Assembly: GCA_051294375.1 (NCBI GenBank)
Contig: CM119268.1
Location: 20,495,797-20,559,796 of the forward strand
Origin: Paraspadella gotoi
Taxonomy: Eukaryota; Animalia; Chaetognatha
Direction: 5' to 3'
DNA length: 64,000 bases
Below, piece after piece: positions 1 through 14,000 of this stretch. Positions within the stretch are counted from its first letter, which is position 1. Every line of letters begins with the position of its first letter. Made by a program: the position numbers and the translations under genes. A model generated the notes under the pieces. The model was not told where the DNA came from. It did not search any database and worked only from the letters and a program-made list of their open reading frames with translations.

Positions 1-320
1 AAACAAATCTTTAAAAAATGTGCTTACCCATTTAATTTAATTTAATTTACCGATTTCAAAAAAAATATTTAAAACTGAGTGTTTACATATAAATAAAAAC
101 TTTTTTTTGGTGATTACTGGTGAATACGATGTATTTCTCGATGTATTAGCTCTAATAATATCTAGGAATATTCACACGTTTCATACTAGTCATTCGTGAT
201 CGGCTGGAAAGGCGTGCACAATGCACTGCACTGCACATAATAGAAACAAAACGAAATACTGCATAGTTTTTAAAATTACTCATGGTAATTAGTAAACTAA
301 TCTTATTCTAATTTGTCCTC

Positions 321-447
<127 letters not shown>

Positions 448-1559
448 GCTCTTTATCCAAATTAACCCTTCCACGCTGGATGAAGAAGAAGGAGGAAGAA
501 GAGGAGGAAGAGGAGGGGGAAGAGGAGGAGGTGAGATCAGTCTGTGCGGTTGCAGCTTAATGATGAGAAAAACCGAAGTTAAATGCAGCACTGACTCACC
601 AGCCTCTAACCCGTCTTTTACCCACCCGACCTTACCCCGACTTCGATTCTCCTTCTGCGTACGAATGAGTCGAATCGTTTGACCAACGAGGTTTTTTTTC
701 GTTGTTTCTCTCGCCAATTCGAAATTCTCTCTCTCTCTCTCTCCTTCTTCTCTTCTCCTCTCTTCTCGGTCTCGTCTCGCTTATCCGTCTGTGCTGCTGC
801 ATCCCCCTCTTGACTCCTTACTTCCCACAAAAGGATTTAGCCAGTACGACGCAGAAACCCTTTGAGTTTCGAAGTTTCAACTCAGGACATTTAAATTGTC
901 CCCCAATTCAAGCGACTTCGTTCCTTCGTTACGAATCTGCATGTTGTCCAAGCAGCTGACAAATCGTTAGTTTCGGAGAGATTTATAATTTTAAAAGCTA
1001 TCTTGGGGAGCAAAAGTCTTTTTACGATCGTGAATTTGCATGGTGGGATCGTAATATTTCGTTGATTTGTATGAAGCGCATTCTCTCATCAGTGAAAACC
1101 GATGAGAGGAGTGTTTAGGATAATGTCTTTGGAGCCGGGAAAGTCCTAGGTCTAACCGCTGTTTGACGTCCGAGCAGTTTAATTGAAGCGGAGCCTACCT
1201 GACCAGCTCTTGAAGCATATATGCGGCCCGGCTATGCCCCCATGCCTTGGTCTGTGCTCTCCTGGGATGAACCTCTTTACAATCATAAACAAAACTTCTA
1301 ATTCTCTGTTTCCTTGTCATAACCTATGTACTGTTTTCTTTCGAGCTGAACTAGAAGGCTATAAAGACTTGCGCGGCTTATAGTGCATGGGAAAAATCAG
1401 GTGGTGTGAGACGGCTCCCAGTTCCGGTCATCCCAGTCACGGGCCATTATCTGTTGTGTGTTTTAAGGGTTTGCGAGAGGATTTGTTTCTGCAGGATTCG
1501 CGGTGAGATATGTTTTGTCTTCTCTCTTGCAGGTTATCGGGCTGTTTCGGTTGGTTTTG

Positions 1560-2480
1560 CAAGGTGATTACGACAAAGTTTTCACTTGCACGTTTATCGG
1601 AATTAGATACAGCTGTATATAATTCTGAATCTGGTAGGCTCTTAGTAATACCAAGATTTTCAACAAAACAGCTGGATTCCCATGGAGTGGGACACGTATG
1701 GGCTCTTGAATTGAGTCTGTTGTGAAAGAAGTGGCATGGCGGCTGTAATAGGACCGTTTATTGGTGGAGAGTGGCGCGGATGGAGTAACCACCTTGTTTG
1801 TAGAGAATGGCTATTCTTTTGACGACCAAGCTTCTTGCACTATGTTGCGACATGACTTAGAATTGGCTGCATGTTTTCCGTCACAGTCTTGCACCACTTT
1901 TACCGTTCTTCAATAGTTTTTGACAGTTTTTGTGAGGATGATTTTTCAGCCACATCTGAGACAGACTGGCTCTTGAATGGAACACGAGCGAGAGCCATGA
2001 CCAAAAGACTTGAGCAGTTAAGAATCACTGTAATACAGATCAGTTAGTAATCAATGACATGTGTACTTTCATGAAAGGATGTTGATACCTTTTTCATTAG
2101 AAGTGTCTCTTCTTTCTCTTAGTGAAATGTAGAGTGACTTTTCACATTCCAGCATGCGTTTTCCTGGACCGTCCTGTTATTTTATCGGTGGATATATACC
2201 ATGCTTTTGGGGGACGTAAACCTTTACTTTGAGAAGCCGTTATTTCGTCGGTCATTGTTTATGGTTCAGGATCAACCTCGGATTAAGAACGAAGTAGTGA
2301 ACAGTGTTTGAGATGTATTGATTCTGGGTGGAGTGAATGTATATGATGTCATGGGATTCACAGTTTTGGCTGGTATGATATGGACAAGGAATTCTAGCCT
2401 CTATCAGAGTTCCCGTCCTGTTAGGGTTATGAGATCACCTGCTTTTGTAATTTTAACTTCTTTCAAATCTCTTCAGAGCT
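1560..2480 (-). mobile_element. Decayed non-LTR retrotransposon (LINE) 5' region: ORF1-like segment followed by APE endonuclease remnant
   Basis: Minus-strand translations give, in the expected order, DLKEVKITKAGDLI (~2430-2470, resembling the ORF1 'VKxxxxGDLL' motif), CWNVKS (2137-2154, APE 'WNVxG/S'), LSQMWLK (1944-1964, APE 'LxETWL') and IAILYKQG (1791-1814, APE 'GVAILIK'). The frames are broken by many indels. Confidence 0.5.
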
Positions 2481-4199
2481 TGAAAAGCGTCGTGAATGTC
2501 TACTGATAGAGAGTTTTGGCCGTTGAATTTCTAATTTCCAGTTGGGAGATTTCCGGATGAGATTGTAAACAGTTTCTTCGTGACTTAATTGCTTTGAGTT
2601 ACCATTGCTGCGTTTATTCGTTGGAGCGCATTTGTAATCGTTGCAATTTGACGAATTTTAACGACATTGAGCCTTTTTGTTTTGGTCTTCCTCCACTTGT
2701 CCAATTACCATATCGTAATTTGAATGTAATAAACATTTTACAAAACGCTTCTTTACTATTTTCCTTGTTAACGCCCGGAATCACTTTTATCAGTTTCTTC
2801 GGGCGTGGAAAGTATGTAAAATTTTCAGGTTTTGAACTTTCTTCACGTTATTTGCCATCACATTCATCCCGCTACACCCGGAAAAACCCCCCCCCCCACC
2901 CCCCCCACCAGGCGACGCCAGCCCCCCTCGATAGGCCAACGTTGTGTTTCTTTTCCAGTGATTATTAGTATTTTTTCCGGCGAGAATGATTGACGTTGAT
3001 TCTTTGCCTTTGTTGGCCATTTCTATTCCTGTCCGTTTTCTCTCTAGATAGTTAAGCGATTCAGGTTGATTCGGTGTTGATCAATTAGCACTAGAATTTT
3101 TATATACGAGTGTAAGTTGTATTAATGAAGTTAGATAGATGTATAGCTTTATCCAGCTGCGGCCTCAGCCCCCATTACGAAATTACAGATTATTTTAAAG
3201 ATTTGAGACAATATTGATTTCTTATTTTCGAGGGTAAGTGAGAAAAAAAATCAGAAAATTACGGAGCATTACGTATCGATCATTTCGGTGGTCACAGATG
3301 AGAACTGATCAGAGTATGAGAGAGAGACGATGCAATATGAGTATAGGTGAGGGAATTAAAGAATACAGAGCGCGAAAATTGCAATGTTTTCCGGGCTTAA
3401 TCAAGTACTCGTATATCTAACTGTCGTGTCACCAGAATAATGCTCGAAGGAAAATATAGAGATGATAACAGAAAGACAGAAGAGAGAGAGAGAAGAAGAT
3501 ATATAGATGATGAGTAGAGAGGTTTATCGTGTAATTCAGCAACCTATATTAGCCTTTAAATTACGTACAGAATATAACTGTGTTAAAATAATTCTATAAT
3601 ACCGTGGTATAGTGAATTTGATAGATGAATAGTGCACAACAAGTACATGCATGCAGGGCGAAACACAAAATACAATTAGAATAAGTAATAAAATTTACAT
3701 ACATATAAATATAAACGACTAGAAATGAACGATATGGAAGAACAGAATAAAAATAACAAATGTGCCAAACGTCAATGGATAGGAAGACAAACCCCGGACT
3801 GTAGTCTAAGACCGCGGAGCGACCGCGAACGGATACGTTTGGGAACGGTACAACAACTCGATGATTTAACGTTATAAGTAGTAATTGCATCGAAAATTAT
3901 ATCCCACCACCTATTTGGGAGATCTTTATTAACCGATATTTTTCATCATCGCTGCAAACAAGATTCACGCTGTTGCAAATGCCCCTGAGTAGCATCTCAG
4001 ACAACAGTGAATGTCACTAATTATACAATAAAGACAGAAAATATCTAGCCTAAAGAAATCAATATAACACAAAAAAAACTCGATAGTCTTCCTTAGATAT
4101 AAGACAACACGGAGAATTATGAGAACAGAAATATAACACACAGACAACAAAGTTCAGACACACGAAAATCAGAAGAGAAATATAGCACTTGCCGAGAGA

Positions 4200-4870
4200 T
4201 GTTTCAAGGCGAGAGGCGCAGGGGAAGCGGAAGCGCCAATGTCAAGCGAAGGAAAGCGCAAGAAAGAGACGCGGAGATCGCGAGAATAGACCCCTGAAGG
4301 GCACTGGAGATTCGGCGGCGGTCGAGGGTGCGCGGACTCGCCGACGCACGCAGACGCGGCGCCGCGGCGGCCCCCCGACGGGGCGGCGGGGGGCCGGCGG
4401 CCGGGCGGCGCGCGAACGGCGGCCAGAGGGGAGGTGACCGGAGCGGCGTGAGCGAGGAAGAGGGAGAGCACTGGGGGGCTGAACCGACTGAAAGAGAGAC
4501 GGGGAGCGCGGGTGGCGGGGGCTCGGGGGCCGGGGGCGTCGGAGGGAAGGAGGGGGGCGATGGGTTGACGAGGGCGGACGCATAGGGGAGGTGAGACGAC
4601 GGCGGAGAGGCTGGTGGACGCGCGCGATACGAGCGGGCCTGGGCCGGGCGGGGCGAGCGGCTCCCGGAGGTCGGTGTGACGCCCGCGGCGCAAGCGGCCG
4701 GAGCGCGGGCGAGCGGTGGAGTTGGAGAGGCGGGGCGGAGGGCCAGCCGAGCGAGGTCAGGAGTGGATTGCGTTGGTGAGCAGCGTTGCAGGACAAAGGG
4801 ACGAAACGAAAGGTGCTGCGTGGCGGGGCGGTGGGAAGCCGGAGGGAGGAAGAGGTTGCTCCGGGCCTAG
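4200..4870. other. Very GC/CpG-rich island of unknown function in noisy sequence
   Basis: Abrupt G+C-rich block (GGCGGC/GGGGGC runs) inside AT-rich DNA. ORFs in all frames are low-complexity R/P/A/G. Confidence 0.6.
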
Positions 4871-7800
4871 CGTGATGGTGGAGGAAATGGAAGAGGAAGG
4901 GAAGAATAACCAACAGAGAATAAACAGATACTGGAAGAAATAGTACAGAATATAAATGCATGAGCATACAATGAGAATGTCAACGGTAGGATTCCACAAA
5001 GAAAGAAATAGAATCAATGCACCCTCAGAAGAAGAAGTGCCAGATGATTCGAGAAGACCATTACATCACGAACATCTCATGAATGCGGAGAATAATAAAC
5101 TGTCCGTGCAGGATTAACTTCTACGATGCTGGTACGGTATTTCATCTGACCGATTCCAGATCGTGCCGGCGCTCCACTCTACTCTCGAAGTACTGAGACG
5201 TATCTCGATCTCTTCATAGGCACATCTCTTCAAACGCATACTAACACAATCACACATCTCATCCTACAAACATTGATTCGATCCATTCGAAATGCTATCG
5301 ATCTCGAAAGCTCTCTGAATCTCAATCGGGATTTTTTTTCTTCTTCATTTTGCATAAGAATTCTTTTTGTACTTCGTTAGGCTCTTCTATCGGATCTGAA
5401 GCTTTTTAAAACTTCCGTACTTCTATTGTCTCTCTCTATATTTGCGCACATATATATACTTCTTACACAAAGACATTAAGCAAACTCTCAAATGACCAAA
5501 CAAAACAGAGGGGGAATTAGCTAGTTTTTTAATCTCAAACCATATACTTAAGAAATGACGACGAGAAAAACACCCCGACTAAAATAAAAGCCCAAAAATG
5601 AACTAGACGTTAGATAACAACTGAGATCAATATACGTGCTCCATACATTAAGTGAAGGAGAATATAATAGAAAAGAATGAAAGAACAAAAGGTGGTTCTC
5701 ATTGAGTCGCCAATTACTCTCAGACTCCTACTTCCTCCCTTTTACTATATATCTCGCTTTCGTCTCTCTTCCTCTTCTCATACTGTCTCTAGAGATCTCT
5801 CGTCTACATCTCACTTACTAACAGATCTTTCTCTCTCTGCCTACTCTCTCGTCATCTCTGGCCGACCTCTCTCCGATGAGAACATACATTACATGAACGA
5901 TCATCTAAGGAGGACGTTTACTACGATCGAGACGAACTACATTTATAGGATGTCGCAAGATAACCTAACAACCCAATTTTACGTCTCTTTCGGATCCCTC
6001 CCTAATCAGCAAATCGCCGATCCATCAATCACACACTCGCGAAATTTTTGTAACGAATTAAAACATACTATTTTGTTTTTGATTCGTTACATGGAGAAGA
6101 ACGAATGTTAACTAGAGCTTCAAGCTGCACATGTGATACAAGAGACGTAGTGAAGGAAGAGTAGAGGCTCAGGATGAGGTATCGAAGTTACAGCGACAGA
6201 CCCAGCCAGCCACTGCGCGACTCTACGACGCAAGTAGAGAGAGAGAGAGAGAAGCAGAAGGCGAAAGACAGAAGGACGTTGACACCTAGCATGACAGGAG
6301 TCGATCATTCTCCTCTAAGGGGCCACCGATTCTGTTTTTTGTTCTAACGGTAGAGATAACCCGAAGATCATACGGGCTTTCGCGCATCCGGAGGAAGATG
6401 TGATTGCGAAGCAAAGAGAGAACTTCCAACAGAGTCAGGACTCACACCACCGGCTGGCCAAAGGATTCATCACGAGAAGAGCAGAGCGTGGTAAGGACAA
6501 AACGAGTTGAGTGACAACGGAGCAACGATCAAGCAGAAACAACAGAACGAATCGGGACAAATGGCGCGCCCACAGTAGTCTCCTCGAACTATATTACTCC
6601 CGGCAGGCGGCAAACAAACGGAGAAAGGGTTTGTGGACATTAAAACTTACACTCTATCATACTCCGAGAGTTTCTGATCACAGCGGTATTCTTGTCTCAT
6701 GCTAAAACGTAAACTCAATTGTATATCTCTTCCCATTCATTTTATATTCTTCCATTATTACTTATAGTCAGCTCGTCGCCCAGCCTTCTCTTTTCTCTTT
6801 TGATTAATTGCGTTTCACGCTGAGTAGGGATACATGTCTGATGCATATGGGCATATACTCTGAAAGAATACCTATCTGTTGGGCTATAAAATTAATGGTG
6901 AGATTTTTCACTGACGAAATTTTCTTAGATATGATGCGTGCAATAAAACGAGTTATGATGCTAGTGAGCGATACTATTGTTAACCCAAGTTATGTGGACA
7001 AGACGTAGCACGCGATCTTGAGACCTCCTCTTTTGTGCTTTACGTAATCTCTTAGCACATTCTTATCTACTTTACGGTCTTTCTATTTCCGTCATCTCGA
7101 CCCGATCCGGAAGGAGATCATTGAATCATTTAAAATCAAAAATAAAAAAATGATCGGTTGCTGAAAACACGAATTTTATTGTTTAGTATTTAAAAATTAC
7201 CTGTAGAATTTGTTTTCATTGCCTTTGATTTTAATTTAGTTAACTATTCTCTGTCTTCGTCTCTTCTGCTGCCAAACAATTAAATCTCCATTCTATGACC
7301 TTATGAGGTTATTTAGTTCTCATAAAAAAACCGGTCTTTAGGAAGCCGATCCGAGCGCTGATCAAGATCCCCCCCCTGGTTGGCTATGCTCTCCGCCGCC
7401 CTCCCCCCTCCTTTCCTATTTTCAGTGCTTTATCTCATTTTGAAGTAATTTTTTCGTTTCCCAGCTTGTCATTTCTTGAGCATTTTAAAGTTCTGCGTTC
7501 CCTCATCTACTATTTTTATTTCTCTTATTTCTTAAATATTAGTTTTTCTGTCATTCTCGTCTTCGTTTCTCGCTGTTGTCTAGTTTTCGTATCTCCGGCT
7601 TATTTGAATGTCGTCCCGTTGTTCGTTCCCCGTTCTCCCTCTTAAAATTCCTCGACGTTCGAACCCAAAAGCATCAATGATTAGTGGTAACTCCCACTTC
7701 AATGGAGTGGAATCATAACAAATTTAGAAATGATTATATGCTCCAAGACCGAATAATTTATACATTCGTCAAGTTATAACTTTCAATGCGATCAAAACAC

Positions 7801-8389
7801 TTCTTATGTGGCTCTATACCAAATAATTAATCTTTTAAATTATTTATAAATAGGAAAGCCCCCAAATTTTTTTGATAATTTTCAAATTTTAAGACCAGAT
7901 TCAGAGTAGCTCATAAAAGTGTCTACACAAAGTATAATTCTTTTTTAAAGTATTTTCATATGATAAGGTGAGCAAAAATAAGAAAAACCGCTAAAAAATC
8001 TCATCCATCATCATCTTTCGATGATATTTTATCAGTATTTTATTTATTCACAATCAGAAAACGCTAAAGGGAAGATTCTTTAAAGCTGTAATATATTTTC
8101 CTTATTTAACTTTTAAATGCTCTATCGAATTCTATCAAAAATTTTTAGATTTCCTAAAAAAAAAAATTTTTTGATATAATATTAAGAAAAGGACAAGCTA
8201 ACTATTTAATGTATTAATCAAAACGTATAATTATAAATTTTTTTGAAACATGATTGTTTAAAATATTTTAGTCATGTACACACTAAAAGACTTTGCTAAT
8301 AGTCGAAAGTTTAGTATCTATATTATCTCTGGAGGTTAAGGTCCCCACCTTATTCCAATGAGAAGAGTTCTACCTCACTTTTTTCTTTT

Positions 8390-9560
8390 TCGCTAAACCA
8401 TACCTTAACCCCAACTCACGGCCTTACCCATCTTCACGGGGTCCTTACCTCCCATCTCATCACTGCCTTAACCCACTTTCACGCCATACCCACTGCACTG
8501 ACCTTACCCACCTTGCGACGGCCGTCTTCTTTCCTCGGCGGATGATACCACTGCACTGGCGCACATTATCCCACCGTAGTCACGCCTTAACCCACCTGCA
8601 CTGGCCTTCAGTCTCTTTCACGGCCTACCCAGAGCCCCGCCCACGATCGCCTGCATTTAGGCCGAGCCCGTCTCTGCACTGCCTACCCAGCTTCACGGGC
8701 CTTACCCACTGGCACTGCCTTACCCCCACTTCACGGGCTCCCTTACCCAGGATCCTGGCACTGCCTTACCTCAACTCACGGGCCACCCACGACACTGCCT
8801 TACCCACTTTCTTCACGGCCTTACCCAACCCGACTGGCTCTGAAGAGCTGATTCCAGCACGGTCTTCGGGGCTGCACGCTCCCATCCCACCAACCACGGC
8901 CAACCCACTCGACTCCACTTGACCTTACCCACTCGTAGCCAACTTTTCACGCTTTAAGCCTCATACCATCTGCCACTGCACTAACCGAGGTGACCCTCGA
9001 CTTAGACCTTCACAGGCACTTACCACGCGATCATCCCGACAGCTGGCGCACTGCCTTACTCCACTTCACGGCCTTACATCCCACTGGACACTGGCCCTTA
9101 TCCCACACTTCACGGCGCTACCCCAGGCGGGAGCGATCGTTGCACTGGGCCTATTACCCCACGCGGTTCACGCCGCTTGACCAGAGCGATTGCACTGCCG
9201 TTAGCCGTCACTTCACGGCCGGACTTCACCCCAGCATAGAGATCTTCACGGGCCATTAGCTCAGACTTCACTGCGTCCTCACCACACGGTGACTGCCTTA
9301 CCCACCCAATCCTTCACGCCCTCGGCCCCCTTAACCCATGCACGGGCACGCCTTACTCGACTTACACGGCGCTTACCCACCGAGAAGACGCTAACTGCTA
9401 CTGCCTTTAGCATCACTTTCAACCGCGACTTCACCCACAGGCACTGCCCTTACCCATTCATACGAGACTTCACGCCTATCTCTCTAGTTCTATTGCATCT
9501 CCCGCCTTACTCACTTCACGGGCCTTTACCCTGGCCCAGATTCCACATTCAGACTCTTAA
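8390..9560. repeat. Degenerate minisatellite, ~17/34-bp unit (ACTGCCTTACCCACTTCACGGCCTTACCCACTGC-like)
   Basis: CCTTACCCA recurs dozens of times, alternating after CACTG and CACGG, with heavy indel noise. Confidence 0.85.
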
Positions 9561-10419
9561 CCCTACATCAACGCCGATGGGCATAACATTTGAATCCTCC
9601 GCATGCTCATCAAATCGACGGATCGACGGACTTGACCTCACCTCTCACCTCTCACCCTGCTCACCTCTCACTCTCAGCTCTCTCACAGCTTTACCTGAGC
9701 TCACCTTTCTGTCTTGTCTCTCTTTCACTCACCCCTTTCCCGTTCTTGTTGTCATTCCACGTGTTTTGCTCGAATGGTCCTTGGGCAATTTTGTTTTTTC
9801 GCTTAATTGTTTAACAAACATTATTTACACAACAATGAAAAGCTAGGGTAAATGAAATTTAGCATCAAGAAACAAAAATGACAATGTACCAAAATGTAAA
9901 TGAGGTTAATGAAAATTAGTAGCAATATAATAAATAATATTCGATAACTGGAGATCGATTCAATTTAAGCACTGCGCCGGTGAGAGTCAAATTCTTTTAG
10001 AATCCTCGATGTCCCTCTATTTTAAAACTTTTATAACGTGTCTTTTCAATTAAATAATTTTCTCCGAAAAGAATGAAATCCGTTTTTTTCTGAAATTCGG
10101 AGGTGTCGATTTCCAGCATTTATCGAATCTGGACCCTTTTGCCCGCGATTAGCACATGTCATCCCGTCAAAACCCACTTTGTGTCGACTTTCCCGTGACA
10201 TCAGTGACCCTCTCGTCGCTCTTTCGTCCGCTTTCACCTGCCTCGAACCCTCCGATTCCACGACTGCGCTTTCAGCCGCCTTTATCCCTTGCGCCATCGC
10301 GTAACCCGTGACTTTTTGGACCCGGCATTTAACGCCGACATCACGGCGAAAGATCGAGAGCTCATTAAGGATTAAAGTGAAACAAAATTCAACGCCTTAC
10401 CAACTCGGAGGGAGAAGCG

Positions 10420-11025
10420 TTCACTTACCACCCCAGCCCTCCATTCCTCCCCCCACTTATTCTAACCCTCCTAGAACTTCACTTACCACCAGCCCCCACA
10501 TTGTTCCTCCCCCCAATACTTCCTAACCCTCTATAAAGCATTCACTTGAACCCACCAGCCCTCCGATTCTCCTCCCGGAAGACAGACCCCGCGAACCGGT
10601 ATGTCCTTACACCTCTTAGAGAAAGCTTCATTGTACCACCAGTCCCCCATTCCTACCATCGCCACCCCACTAGTTCCTTATCCTCTAGAAGCCTTCACTA
10701 CCACCAGCCGACCCTCTCATTCTCCGCCCACTAGTTATCCTTACCCTGTCTTAAAAGCTTCAGCCTCTACCACCAGCCCTCGCATTTCCTCCCCCAAATT
10801 GCGCTACACCCTCTTAGAAGCTTCATCCTTACACCAGGGCGCCTCCATTCCCCCCCCCCAATATTCCTACACCTCGTAGCAAGCTATCACTAACCACCAG
10901 GCCCTCAACAATCTCCTCACCCGCCCAACTATTCCTTACCCTCTAGAAGCTTAAATTTACCACCCAGTCCCCCCATTCCTCCGGAAAATCAGCCCCACTC
11001 GCTTCAGCTGCTATTCCTTACGCTC
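10420..11025. repeat. Minisatellite, ~60-bp unit (CCCTCTAGAAGCTTCACTTACCACCAGCCCTCCATTCCTCCCCC...)
   Basis: About 9 copies of TAGAAGCTTCA...TACCACCAG...ATTCCTCCCC. Confidence 0.85.
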
Positions 11026-14000
11026 TGCTTTCCTACCTTCTTTCATCTCTTTGTTGCCGAATTTGCGGCCATTTATTTTCCAAAAAAAGCGTTCAAGCTC
11101 AAACTTAAGATTAGGAAAAAAGAGATATCGGGTTTATTAGAAGCGTAAAAGATTATATCAAGTATCTTAGGATTGATGTAGTGACATTAACGTTAAGGAT
11201 TAGCTTTAGGCATTAAGGTTAAAGGATTAAGAAAAAGATTGTTGTGACATTTAGAAAAAATTCTTTTTTTCTGTTTATTTTCAGAAAAAGAATCTGAGAT
11301 AAAAGACGAGAGTCTTTTTACAAAGAACAAGCGGCAATTAATTTATTAGCCTAACATTTTACTGCTTGTATAATGTTGAACAGATTGCGTTCTACCAAAA
11401 GCTCATAATCAGAGATGGTGGTACGGACGATCCGGAAAAGCGGTAACAGGGGCGAACACTGTGGGAGAGAGGCGGCCCGATTTTTTGGAAGAAAGAAACC
11501 CGAAGAGAACCAGGAGTATTAAAACAATGAAAGATTATAGGGAGTGAACCCGAGGAAGGAAAAATAGAGAGGTAGAAGTGAAACTGCGCAAGATAAGATG
11601 AAAAGGTAAAAAAAGGAAAAGTGCCCACCCACCTGATTTTTGCAATATATATCAAAACTCTTTAAGAACGGATTATTCCAATTCAATAATTGTCTTGCAG
11701 ATAGTACAGAGCTTTAAGTCTCTACACCGCAAATAAATAAATTTTTTCAACCTAACATTCTGCGATTCCTTCTTCCAACAAAACATATCAATCACTGCTT
11801 GTGTTGGCTTTCCTGATCATTTTATTTTTTATACTATTCATAATGGAAATGAAAAGCATTTTAATGTATTGAAATTTTCATTTTCCTTAAAAATTAAATG
11901 TTCAACATTTATTTTCCAAACATTTAAAATTGTTTGCCTATGCCTAATTTTTTTATCTCACTTTTCTTATACGTTTCTCTATTTTGGTTCTTCATTCTCT
12001 CCTTCCCTCTTTGGCGAGAATACTTTTTTAAAAAAATTACTTCTTTTTTTTAAAAATTATCTATAAATATATTGAATGAAAATCTGAGTGAACCCAAAAA
12101 AAAAAAACAACTTTAATCAGAACGTTAAATTAAACTTTTTTGTTTCTATAAAACTAAAAAATGATTTCTATATATTTTTTTTTGTTTTTCTTTAAAGTTT
12201 AAAAGTAATACTTTTTTAAAATCCCCCATAATTGTTTCAAGGTTAAAAACAAAGTTTTGAACAAAATGAATTTGATCTGCTTCTTTATTGGCATATTCTT
12301 GCATATTATTGTGCTGCATAACATACTTTATACTCTAACACCTCACTCTCTCTCTCTCTTCTCTATTTTCTTCTTCTTTATTCTCCCTCTCCATCTCCTG
12401 AACAGCTCATAAAAAAGTAATAAAAAAATTACATACATACATAAATAACTATTAAAAATTATTAATAAAACAATTCTGCACGCCAAAAAATGCCGGATCT
12501 GCCCCCCACGATCCATAGCCGGTAATCTACATTAATTAATCTACATTAGTTGAAACAATAATAAATTATTTAATTAATTAACACATTGCCATTAACTTAA
12601 AAGAAATACACATCAAACCATTTGGGAAGCTCCAATATATTTGAACAAAGATGACGACGACGACAAATACCAATAAACTAACGAACACGAAACAAAGTCT
12701 TTGTACTTTGATGACTCCGTAAGTGTCCAATAAGAATTACCTGATTTTCTTTACAAACCCAAACAATATAACTGTGACCCGAGTATGGCTACACTATTTT
12801 CTCAGCCAATGTAAATTTGTCTGTTTTACTTACTTTTATTCATTTTGCTCTTCTTTTACCGTTGTGTGAGATAATACACGTTTTTTCTTCTTACAAACAT
12901 TACAAACACGCCCTCAAATTTTCTAAGCCAAATTTCTCGTTTGAGTCCAGCCCGAAAACATAAAAAACAATTTCAATTAAATTAATTAATTAAACTAGTC
13001 ATTAATGATGCGACCACAAACAATGATAACACCATCGATACTGACAAATTGATTGTATTTTGCTTTGATTTTTATGGATTGATTGAATAATATTGCAAAT
13101 TAATTTTATTGAATACATTAATTAACTGGATACTAGTGCTGGCATTGTTAGCTCAACCTTGTTTGTCATTTCGCGTCTTTTCATTTGACGAAAAGAAATG
13201 ACGACCATGATGAATGACTAGTACATGACGATAACCACGACGAAGATATAAACTTGATGAAATTGAATTCAAATAGGACTTGCATAATAAATGCACTATC
13301 AGGCCTAGTTTAGTTCTTTTAGGTCTCGTTTGTCAGGTCACTGACCAGGACAATAAAGCATAACGACGCGTGGCAGATGACAACTATGATACACCGATAT
13401 TGCTTTTAATTATGACTAGATTAATTAATTAATTAATTAATTAATATTTTTTAAAATTAATTTATGAAAAATAAATTGATTAATTAGTTGGATTGATACA
13501 TTAAGGTTCATTCTAATATATTGATTTGCATGAATAAAAAAATTGATTTCGATTCATTTTTTCGATTGACTTAGTTAGATTAGTTAATTTGATTAATTAA
13601 TAATTGGAATAATTGAATAGATTAATCGCAGTCTTGCATTCAATTCAATAAACAAAAGAAAAAGCGGAAACAGTAGATTTTTGTCCATTCAAACTAATTT
13701 CCACTCGCGCACAATTCTTACAATTCTCTAGAAATCTTAGCAATTTTGATATGGCTCAGGGGTAGGAAAATCGATACGCTTTCGACAATCATCTGCTTCA
13801 TAAAGCCAGAACGCTGAAACAATGCGAGTTAATACAAAATTATTCGTTTGTTGTAAAAAAGACCTTCATCTTTAATCAGACTTGAAAAGATTTTCGTGTT
13901 AAATAACGAACAGAAATCGGCGCCGCTTTCGGAAAACGGTACCAGAGAATTTTTTTCCTTTCCTTTCTTACAAAAAAGCCGTCACATTAAACAACTTGAT

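Noticed and set aside
4169-4967. Long overlapping ORFs in the GC island
   Set aside because: Stop codons are scarce because of the high GC content. The peptides are low-complexity and the sequence is noisy.
8390-11025. Regularly spaced repeats as a possible CRISPR array
   Set aside because: The units are tandem without unique spacers, there are no cas genes, and the context is eukaryotic. The same applies to 62740-63250.
12915-12990. Possible further decayed HHR/pLTR copy (AAATTTCTCG...GCCCGAAAACATA)
   Set aside because: The CTGANGA box and stem II are absent. The similarity to the 44931 context is too weak in noisy AT-rich sequence.
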